A stretch of 64,000 bases of DNA from positions 10,317,846 through 10,381,845 of the forward strand of contig CM082577.2 in assembly GCA_040954595.2 (NCBI GenBank). The letters are read 5' to 3'. Positions 53,401 to 64,000 of this stretch are shown here, one piece after another. The DNA comes from Balanoglossus misakiensis. Lineage: Eukaryota; Animalia; Hemichordata. Every line of letters begins with the position of its first letter. The stretch's first letter is position 1. Both the position numbers and the translations under genes were made by a program. The notes under the pieces were generated by a model. It worked only from the letters and a program-made list of their open reading frames with translations. It was not told the DNA's origin and searched no databases.

Positions 53401-54652
53401 CTTTAAGCTTCTTTTATATTTTCTGTTATAAAAACAAATCTCAATTTAAATTTTCCTCATTTTTTTCAAAAATTTTCAAAAATAAACTTTAGCTCTTTTA
53501 AATTATAAAAAATCAATTAAATGTCAGGAACTGAAAATTTATCTTCAGGGCTTCAAGGACAACCACACGCAACAACTGGGCTGTGATTTTAGAAAACCCA
53601 CTATGGTTTGTTGCACAGATGTAAATTGCATTTAGAGGTAGCCGTATAAAAAAAGTAAAATACTCACAAATAATTCTCTAGGTGGCCTTTAAAGTCGGCC
53701 GAATGTAAACACTACGGCTGCAACTTCGCCAACATCAGGGGCTGAAAGTGTAATCTTAATTCGATCCGCATGTTTAGCAAACGATGTGGCAAGGATTTGC
53801 CCCACAGCACGCTGACATTGATGAATGAACTTGATCCTAATACCGACAGCGGCAAGGGCAAGCTCGTCTCCCCTGTGTAAATCAGTTAAACTTCCAACTA
53901 ATAGGTGTTTCATACTGACATAATGGGTTGCAGTAAACAGGCTTTTAGACTACACCTTGGCCGCATAATTTCAGTTTTTTTCTCCTTAATATCGTTTTCA
54001 TCCTCACAGCCACCCAGATGCATATTTAAAATGGCTGTAAAGTTGTAAACATGTTTTTTAAGATTCTTAGAACTGATAACCATGAAATATTTATGATTGT
54101 GTGCCATATTTCTTGTATTATGCTAAACTGACGACCACAACCCTATCAACTATTAGATTGCCCCACATGTTTATGAAATACACTGTTTTGTGAGTAATTC
54201 AATAAAGCCCATTTGCAACAATTATGGGATGAATCAGGGTGTCATGATCATTATTACAGATTTATTTGTTATATTATTCCAAATAATCTAGTCACTACAA
54301 CTTATTTAACCTCCGTTGTTTTCAGTGGTGCCTGTTTTGGATTAAAGATAAGAAGTGCGTGAAAGTGAAAGGTGGACAAAATTAAACATGGAAATGAATT
54401 AACCTCCATTTTGTGGTTCTTCACTGAACTGATTAACGAAAAAGTTCTTGCAATCGTCAGTGTTTCAATGACGAAAATGTGTTATTTCTGCACTCAAGGC
54501 TGTTTTCTGGTACTGTCCAATCCAAAAAACTAAAATCTATCACACACATTTTTACCCTTTGGTGTATTGTGGCAATTTCAGGAACAAATTATTAAAATCT
54601 CTCATTAACTATTCGTCCATCATTGGTCTGTACTCAAATCCATAACAATACA

Positions 54653-54798
54653 AGCACATCTAATTTGCATATTCCCATATTTTAATGACCATTGTGGTGG
54701 CACCCTTTTTTGCATGGCCACCCAGGTGAAAATTTTGAATGATTAGATTAGATATCAAATTTCTGTAATGACTGTGGCTATAATTTTACACAGGTGGG
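54653..54798 (-). mobile_element. MITE family C, degenerate copy 3 (reverse)
   Basis: TCTAATTTGCATAT..AATGACCATTGTGGTGGCACCCTTTTT..TTTACACAGGTG is the reverse complement of the family C interior. Confidence 0.55.
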
Positions 54799-55184
54799 AC
54801 AAAATGCAGCGATGAACACATATTCTGCATCAATGAATAGACAAATAAATTGAAGTGGACCGACTGTGTAATTTGAAGGGCACGAGCCAAGAATTGTTGA
54901 CAGAACTGGGATCAATATTGCGTTTTATGAGCCAGGGTTTCCGAATAGAGTATTTTGAAATACGAGTTGATAATCCCACCCCCTCCCCAAACTACAACAT
55001 ATTATACACTACAGGCGGCATTGAATATTAAGTCAAGAGAACTTCACAATGTAAATCTTCAGCGATACGATCTAAAACAGGGACAGTTCGTTGGCCTAGG
55101 CAGACTTTTCTCCCTGGGGGTACAGAACCTGCTTACGCTGCCCCCTGGGGGCAGTTTCTCGGGGAAAGCAAGCGTTCGGTGGTA

Positions 55185-55546
55185 TTAAAGCCTCTAGAGC
55201 TGCCACGATTTGCATTATTTTCATGATTTTATTTTCCAATTTAAATTGGTCCATCTAAATATAAGCTTACTTATAGGTATACATGAACACCTTATCGATG
55301 CCCGATCATGACTGCATGTTGCAATTTGAACAGGTTATATTGTATTAAACAGGTGCCGCACCGATTTAATCAGCCTCCACACAAATAGTACGCAGCTATC
55401 GTGGTATGCGTCACCTAGAGATGACTAACTGATGCAAATGCAAGTAATATGGCGTAATGGTGAATATTTGAGAGGATAGGGAAAAGATTTGAAGGATTTT
55501 ATTGTGGAAAAAAATTTGTGAAATTTGGCTGCTATAGGGGCTTTAA
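55185..55546. mobile_element. TTAA-flanked MITE (Kolobok-like), family D
   Basis: TTAA-AGCCTCTAGAGCTGCCA ... TGGCTGCTATAGGGGCT-TTAA; 17-bp TIRs with 3 mismatches. Confidence 0.7.
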
Positions 55547-58500
55547 CCACAAATAAGGGCGTCCACTAAATGTCGATTTGAAGGGTAATCGCAAATATTA
55601 GGCGTCTGTTGAGATGACAGCATGAAGCCAACTGTAGCACTGAAATACAGCATCGCATCTCCGTACGTTTACGGGCGAATCCCCAAGGAATGCGCGCCCG
55701 TATTTGTGTCCCATTCAAACTAACAACATTTGTCATTTATTGTTTCAGGAAAACTAATACCCGCACCGTCACGAGCCATTAAATTTCAAATGAAGGCAAT
55801 CATTTTTCATCGTCCAGTAATATTGTTTTCCAGGTCAATGATACATTTTTGTCTTAAGTAGATTGTTTGAAACGTAACTTCTTAAGTTAATAAAACCCAA
55901 ATTCATCCCAGTCGGAGGCAGACAAATTAAAATTTAAAAATAAACGAGGAAGTGTCTTTCACTCCGCATTAACGAGATGTGTAGGTTGTTTCCGGTTGTT
56001 CACCCCGCAGTTGGACGTTTGCAAACACATCAAAAAACCACAGAGCAATCGGTTACTTCACGTGTGATTTTTAATTGATCCCCGGCGACCACTCGACAGT
56101 TTCATGGGGCGTAATTCCAACACTCGACAATTCCCTCTTCCTTTCATTTCATTTTCCTGCCCTTCGTTTTATTTTTACCTTTTTTCGACACGCAATAAGG
56201 AAACCACTGAAAGCCTGGATGCGTGTCTCACCCTGACTTATCGCTGGGAATGTATTTCAAAAGTTAAGTGCAGACGGAGACAGTCATTAGAGCAAGGACT
56301 TTTGTTCTCCTCCCAGGCAAGCATTGTGTGTAATGCCCTTGTGGCTGGACACTTATATCGTCAGCCGGCTGCCAGACTCAAGGTTTAATTTATATTAAAT
56401 CATTTTAGATGTGGAGGAAGTCAAATGAGATTCTGACTGTTTCCTGGTGTGTTAGAATTTATTTCATCAGGGACTCTCTCAGGTCGATGAAATCTTAGAA
56501 ATACGCCTGCAGTGAGTATCACCTAGACTTGAGAAATAATACGCACTTCATCATCTTTGGATGTATTATATTTTCATAATATCTCATTGACAAATTCACC
56601 AGTGACATTAAAGTCCTGTTAATTTGAGCGGGTGTACATCAGGGTATTGAAGGGCAACCCAAAATATGGCATCCAAAAATGCTGTCACAGAAACTGTGAA
56701 TGTTTTACAACACTACGGCAATGGTAAATTTATCAGTAATTACATAAAAATGCTCTTTGATAAAAAAAATGTTTCAACAATTTTGAAATTTTAAAACAGT
56801 GTCTAAATGATGTTAAGCTTGTTGTGCTGATTTCTTCAATAAAACCAGGTGAATGAATCAATGACTAAACAAATTTTTGAGAATATTTGCAAGAAATGCA
56901 AATGTAAAAGCAAACAGCATCACAGACTCTAAAGAGAAGATTTTGCGATTATGTGTCATTACCCATGTTTTCTTGGAATTTTCTAAAACATCATGCCACT
57001 TTCTTAGACAGTTTTTAGAATAAAAACACAAAACGAAGCCTTAAAAACATGCAGACTAGGTGATATCCTCATACAAACCTTCCTTGCAGGATTACCCTCA
57101 GAAATTTCCCGAGCACGTCTGTCCGTGACAGACAACAATTAAGTCCATTAAGTGAATACAATGTATGTATGTCGCGTATCCTGTGCTGGTTTTAGAATGC
57201 TTTGCAGAAATTGCAGTCGGCCATTCAGCTGAATCTAAAGTGGTAACGTCATTTTTTTTTTCCTGGAGAGGTTTAGTACGACAGGTGTCCGAGCAAATTA
57301 ATGGATTTATTTCATTTTACTGCCGACTTGTACTTTTTAATGCTGGACGACAACTACATGTAGGTGTTTCCTCTCCATCTGACCTACAAATTGTGCGTGA
57401 TGTTTACAGTGCAGTGTAGTGTGCACATGTGACTGTTAAAAATGTAAGGCTTCTTGGGGAAGAACCATTTTATATCAGCAGGAGTTTGAAGATAGTCAGA
57501 TTTTTTAAGAGTGTTTTTATGAAGGTGGGGGACAATGTCTTTAAAAGTAGAATGGTAGAAAAGATGCACGCCCTAACATTTCAGAAAAAAAGCTATTGAA
57601 AAGACCCCCTCCCCTCCCCCTCAAAAATGCTCTTTTACCCATCTCCTCCAATTCCCCCTTCGCATATCCATTGGATCATCCCTTAGTTGGTGATTTGGCC
57701 ATCATTGGGTGAGTGCCAGTCTCTAGCTGAGAAACTGTTTTCAGATTTTGCCTGTTGTTTTCCTGGGTTGTCGAGTTCCTGTAGTTCCAACCAGCATTTT
57801 ATCACCATGTGGACAACAGTTCATTATATAGAATAGGAAGCATTGAGATCTGAAATCACACGCACAAAAGTGACATTTATAAAATCGTCCCAACCACTGA
57901 CTCAGTGACTCTGCAGAACACCCCTCCTACATACACAGAGCTCTGTCACTTCCCAGAAAATACTACACATACATGATGTACGTTTGCACTGTGAGCTGTA
58001 AATATTGTCAGCACTTTTTTCTGTACAGATGTCTTGATTAACACCCGACAGCTGATTTCAAGCCCATAAATAAAATATCACAGGCATTGATGATATTTAG
58101 CGGTTAAGTGATAGCTGTTCATGTGATTGTCGTAAAAAAAAAAATTCACTCACACACTCCACCTGACTGACACAAAGATGTAGTCCCGCGGGATTTTAAT
58201 ACTCCATCTCCGATATCAGACTGTTAGAATGTTCATCTGTAAAGGATTTACCCAGTTTATATCATCGCCACTGCTGCAGTAATCCAGGTTTCAACAACCC
58301 CTGATGCAGTAATGTAATAAAAATATTATATGTCACGTGGATTTCTTCCCGTTTAGGCAAGTTGCCTTGGGTTCATCTTACAAACTTAACCCCCCCCCCC
58401 CTCCCCCTCCTGGCCGTATATACACACGGATGCTACTTCAATCCTGTTGATTCCAAACGCTGGATAAAAATCGAGCCCCTGGGATGTGTTAGCATGGTTG

Positions 58501-59727
58501 ATTGCTCCGATTTCCTGTTTTCATTATCTCTCATCCTGGGCAGAGATCAATTTTTCTAGGTCCCTAGCCGACGATTTGTGACATCACTCTGAACCGACAG
58601 CTCATCTTCGCTAAGAGAGAGAGAATAAGAAAAAGAGTGGAGATCTTGAGGTCAGACACGGGCAGTTGACAGAATGTATTTTGTAAATGTCATCGAGAAT
58701 TCTGCCTTTGCAAACATCCCCGTAAAAAAAACAGCGAGCAGGCGATCTCTGTCGGGTAGACAGGCTGTGGATCTTCGGCCATTTTTCAGATATGATGAAT
58801 TCTGGAAATTCGACCTAAACACTTAATCCCGATAAATCCGCCCGATTAATTCCGTCAGATCACGCTTGTCCGGATCAGTTTATCTTCATGTCATTATTAT
58901 AGCGATTTCCACGGCACGATCGCAGAATTTGCTCGCTGCAATCAAACAACGGATTTCGTTTCAGCGCATATGATTCTCCGGAAAGACTAATGACAAAACC
59001 TGAACGCATATCATGTGATCTTTGCACACAAAAAATTTCATGCGTGAGAAATCGCAAGCAGATTCTGTGTTCAAGCTGTAACAAATCAGTGAACTTCTTT
59101 CAAAATTGTTAAGTTTTTTTTTTTTTGCTCTTCGCATCATATTTGTTCTTGTATAAATCATCCCTTTACTATTAAAGGCTCTTGAATTGAAAAGTTCAGC
59201 AGTAATAATCAGTATTATCCATACTCTGCTGCTGTTCACGAGAACAGCTAATGCTTCAGTAAAGGTCGCAATTAGAATATGTGGGCAGTTTACTATCCCG
59301 CAAAAAAAATATCGTCCATGTCATGTGATCGGAATGATTTCATATAAATCTCATTGGAAGCACAACTTGTTTGGAGTTTTCAGTCAAGCCTAACTACGTA
59401 CGCACAACTTTTCGAGCATCAGTGAGCAGGTAATTCAAGCTAAGTGCACAATGCGAAATGGCAAAGTATCAGCGATCTCGGCTGAATTCTAGTACAGATC
59501 TTGACATCGCGTTTCTGGGAGCAGCTCTGACCCGCCAGAATCCAGGCCGCTTTGTCAAGAGATGTCCGCTCCATTACTTCCACCCACTCCTTATCGTCTC
59601 ATAAATGTAACGAGGAGCAAAAAAAATTTGACATTTCATTTCATCTGTGATTTTCCGTCGCTCTCGTTTATTCTGAAACGAGATGGATGTTAAGCGACTG
59701 TTCCCAGTCTGCGTGTAGATCCAAACA

Positions 59728-59787
59728 CAGTGAAACCTGTCTAAACCGAACCCTGTCTAATCTGGACACCTGTGTACACTGAACACC
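59728..59787 (+). mobile_element. Tc1/pogo-type MITE 5' end fragment with ~17-bp subterminal repeats
   Basis: CAGTGAAACCTGTCTAAACCGAAC / CCTGTCTAATCTGGACA / CCTGTGTACACTGAACA; no matching right end seen. Confidence 0.45.
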
Positions 59788-62700
59788 AGTAGATAATCTG
59801 CAGTTAAAATATGTGATGATGAATTAAATGTGAATCCCCGGTGCACTTTGCACATGCAAGATATTCCTACATTTCACATGCACAGTTGGAAGCCAGTACA
59901 AGACCAAGTTGTAAATTCCAGTACATGCAAGATTTGAAAATTCACCGAAACTGGTCATGCATACTATGCCTTTTTGGCTCTAATTGAAGAACTTGACACA
60001 CAACTTGGACTTATGTGCATCATACGCTTCAGTGTTGTCCTTGACTTGATCTGTGCCTCTCTGACCCGTACACGTACATTCCCTGCATGATAACCTTGGC
60101 CATAAAACCTGGTATTTTGTGAATAACTACATATTATGTTGCAAATTCATAAACTAGATACCTGCAAAATGCAAAAATTTCTCAGCTCCTCTGGGATCTA
60201 GTTTAGGACAGCTAGTACTGTACTTCTGTGACATATAAGGTGCTGTATATGACAGAAAATGATATCCATTTCTATCGGTAGTATTATACACACAAGGTGT
60301 GTATAGAGTTTCTGATGTCTGATAATTGTTTCAGGGTGCTTCAGTGAGCAGTATACAGGCATGGTCAGACCGTGATACAGGTAACTAAATATCTCCACGT
60401 GCAACAAAAATAATGAAAAAAGTATAAATGTATGTAGATATGTTGAATTTGTCACTTTTAGATCCTGTAGATTCGTGCTTGATCACCGTGCTGATTATCT
60501 GGACAGTGAAACAACCGTCGCCATGGTGACAACTGCTTGCAGTTAGTGAGCTTGAGGAGTGAGACTTTCAAGGTCTGTTGGACTAGTCGGTTTAAATTGA
60601 TGTTCGTAATGGCAATGAATACCGTGGAATGGCAGTAACAGTTTCGCGTGACCTTCCATGACTACTGTATGACCTCTGATTTCCAGGTATTTTCGTCCTC
60701 CAGTTTTATTTTTGTCTCATTTTCCAAGAAGTCATTGCAGATGTCCTTTTCTCTTCAAGGCAATTGATGGCAATTTAGAACACTTTACACACAAACGGAA
60801 CACCTTAGTTGACTTTGTTCATTTCCTTGTCACTGTGTGGGCTTGTACGAAAATGGAAAATGCCAAGGTGTATACATCAGCCATGACAAGTCAAATATCA
60901 CATTCTTCACCGGATGTCGAACACATGCATAAGGGGCGGCGTTTTTAATATGTTTGTTTTGCATTAATTTTTTGGATAAAACAGAATTGGATTTTGCTGA
61001 AGTCAGTAATAATAGTTTGTGTCAATTTGGGTTATATATTTTGTGTGCGGGGGGGGGGGGGGGGGGGGTCAGTGGGTAGGTGGTTTGTGTGTAGGGGTTG
61101 GGTATGTGCTACAGTTTACAAAGTCCCGACATACATCCACTGGTTTCACATGTACATTGCAATTGTACAGTCTGTGATGACCGTAATGTGCCCTCCAAGC
61201 CAAATTGTGATGCAACAGACTCACTGCCGACGAAAGAAAATTATCTGTATTTATCTGTAAGTGTAAAGGTACATGCAGGGCTGATGCAGAGAAATTTCTT
61301 GAAATTTTCAAGCTGTCAAAAGTCATACAGTGAGTCTAGCAGTGCACACTGGGGACTACGGCCTGGGGGGAAATGAAATGACATAGTCTTCAAAAAATGT
61401 ATAACACAGTTGCACCCCCTGTAGTTTATAACACTGCGGCACCCCCTGAAGTCAGTCACAGGCAGTGATCTTCAAACGATCAGGGCAAGACTGTAGGTCA
61501 AGGTTGGGTTTCTAATGTGGAAAAGCCCTTTCTTGGCTGTAGTGTTACATCCAGTCACGTGGAGATAACTATCTTTGATTGACTCCAAGGAAGATACAAC
61601 CGTATCATATTTCTCTGGGATGCTGTGCATTAAAAAGCCGACATGCTCTGCTAGAGAATAGAAGGGCTCCCCCTGAACACCTGTGTAGTTGCCAGAGTGG
61701 ACTAGTACAGTCTCTATTTAAATCATCCAAAATTTGCCAATGGAAGCATAGGATAAGAGCAGTCCATAGGTTAAACTTTGGAGTTGAAAATATATCATCA
61801 CCGGCTGGAAATGACGAAAACTCAAACAGCGACAGGCTGTGAATGTACACACAAAAATGTCATGTAACATATGCAGGACTGCTTGAAAAATGAACAAAAC
61901 ACGATATCGATTGAATCATTTTTCAGAAAAGGGCTCTTGATGTCATAATTGGTGTTACAATTCAGCTTCCATTTTTACCCGCTTTGTTCCCATTCAGTCG
62001 GCCATCTGTCGAAAATAATTAATTGGTTGCGCTTTATGTGTTAAGGGGGGAATATTACGCACATATGAAGTAGTGTGATCACTTACAAGATTGAATAACC
62101 CCCTTTGTGTGTAATGTTTGTTGGAACTGACAAATGAGACATGTTCTCACAGAATACCCATACTCGTATATGTACCACAGGAATGCATAGAACTATCATT
62201 TTTCTGAAAATCTGTCTCCAAGGCGCATAGTGCCTTAAAATGTTTCCAGTGTAATTGTTAAGTAGATTCACACGAAGAGTCAGAAATTCTACTTCTGACC
62301 GATGATATTGAACTATTTGCCATTCTTTGTTGATGGCTCTGAACATAAAACGGCAATCGTGACAAACTGAGTGAATATGTCGGACATTATTACCGGGGTA
62401 TTCCATCTCAACTATGGTTTACGAGTGGTTGCATGAATTTCAAGATCTTGCTTGAGATTTTGAAAAAAAACTGTTTTAGGAAAAGATAAGAAAGTGCCAT
62501 TAACTTTTCCAGTCTACATGCATGTTTAATGCCAGTTCAATGATGTGCATTTAAAAGCCCATTCATGCATTATGCTTGCACGCATGCTATTACAAGCAAA
62601 CTTTCCCATTTTTTGACAGGGTCCATGTGTTGATCGTGATACATGCATTGCATAAAGAATCGTTCTTTTAAAAAAATTAAAAAAAAACAATGCTATTATT

Positions 62701-63249
62701 GCATGCACTTTTGAATTTGACGAGAGGATAATCTGAAATATTTGAAATTCAAAATGGCAACCTAAATTCTGTGTTGAATATGAAGTGGAGCAATCTTTGA
62801 TTTGTTGCATTGATTTCCTTGAAAAGGTAATAACGATATTACTGTGCATTTTTCAAAATTGGTTCCACGCGGGTTGGTTTTTGAATACGCACAGTAGAGA
62901 AAAAAAACGGATTGCAAAGATATTTCTGAGCTCAGTCTCCCTCTGTGATGTATTCTGCCTGAAGGGAGTGTTAAACTGTATGTTTTATACTTCCAATAGA
63001 TAATATTGACTACTGCAATAATTTCACCATTTCATATCTCGCGTTGTACATTAACAAGCTATCGATACACGGTTATCAGCGCCGATACGGGAGAGTCGAT
63101 GTGTTCTACGGCTGTCCATTCAGATTTTATCAAACCATAGAAAGTGCAGAGAGCTGGTATCGGCTGGCTTTAATGATGTCAGCATTATGCAGAAAAAACA
63201 GGAACGAAATGGACTGTAGATGATAGAGATACCATGTTATACATTTGTA

Positions 63250-63459
63250 TACTGTAAAACGGGTTATTTTCGCGAGCAATAAATTTTCACGATATACTCA
63301 GCCAAAAAATGTGAAAATAAAAATTCACGTAAAAAGTTTTTTTTGGAGATACAGTGCAGTGAATGAAATAAGAGTATGCTAAAATGAATCCTCGCGTAAC
63401 TGTTGCCTCTTTTTATATCGCGAAAATTTCATGTCGCAAAAATAACCCGTTTAACAGTA
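63250..63459 (+). mobile_element. MITE family A, copy 6
   Basis: TA-CTGTAAAACGGGTTATTTTCGCG ... GCAAAAATAACCCGTTTAACAG-TA. Confidence 0.87.
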
Positions 63460-64000
63460 TTCTTTCTTGTTCAGATGCATTGCGTTTTCCCCTTTGAATT
63501 GTGTTGTTGAATTCCGTCCAATTCAACCAGCAGATTACTGGCTGTAAACTTGTAAAAAGATGTTTTGTAACATTGTATGTACAGAGGCAGTTATGAACAA
63601 ACCAGTACTGTATGGATGATCGAACATCAAAGAATTCACATCTCTCAGGCCCTGGGGGGACCACCGTCTATTTTGGGATAACTCGCACAGGATACGACCA
63701 TGGCAGTTAAAAATATTGCCCCCTGGCAAAACCAAGACCTTTTCCAGTATCAATAGAAAATTTCAAGGGCATTTTTTATATAAATCGACAGGAGGCCTTG
63801 GTTTTGTAATCCATGGTTTTTGCTATCCCACAATCCTCTCTGACAGTCTCATTCTTTTAAACCCTTTCTACACATTCCCTGGTTTTTGCGAATATTAATT
63901 TATTTTCAATGTGGCTATTTTTTTCATTGACTTGAGTGGTCATATTGTGTCTCAGGGAGAATTCCCACCAGCTCAGGTGGTCAGACCACTTTTCAGAAAC

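Noticed and set aside
58300-58311. Minus-strand TACTGCATCAGG, identical to the 5' 12 nt of miR-217
   Set aside because: The remaining sequence does not match the mature miRNA, and no proper pre-miRNA hairpin forms.
49068-64000. Remaining C-terminal SPATA20 exons (expected IVI.G... and ...AYVC.N..C..P)
   Set aside because: The candidate acceptors I examined (e.g. ~51699, ~55748, ~57089, ~58028) give no matching peptide; the exons are presumed to lie beyond the window.

Overview
AT-rich, intron-rich eukaryotic (metazoan, probably marine invertebrate) genomic DNA with no long ORFs; most entries in the ORF track are spurious. Two spliced genes lie head-to-head around a CpG-rich promoter at about 13.3-13.8 kb. 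The minus strand carries the first two coding exons of a Caskin-like ankyrin-repeat gene (13322-13232 and 5956-5908; MGKEQELLQAAKTEDLATVQRIVSKLKSKP/KKLGSRKSSSGYQDSDG), which continues off the left edge. The plus strand carries 13 coding exons of SPATA20 (YyaL/SSP411 family; 15162-49067, 654 codons, all GT-AG with consistent phases), and its C-terminal exons lie beyond the right edge. SPATA20's first 11 coding-region introns are small (0.3-3.3 kb), but the next two are 20.1 kb and >14.9 kb and hold several CpG-rich non-coding blocks, which suggests a regulatory landscape. The introns also carry several MITE families (TA-flanked, TTAA-flanked, foldback), an L2/CR1 LINE fragment, a 97-bp near-perfect palindromic insertion with a 9-bp TSD whose empty site is present in a sister repeat in the same window, and strand-biased poly-G tracts. 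I found no tRNA, rRNA, CRISPR or transposase ORF, and no demonstrably novel system; the best leads are listed under findings.
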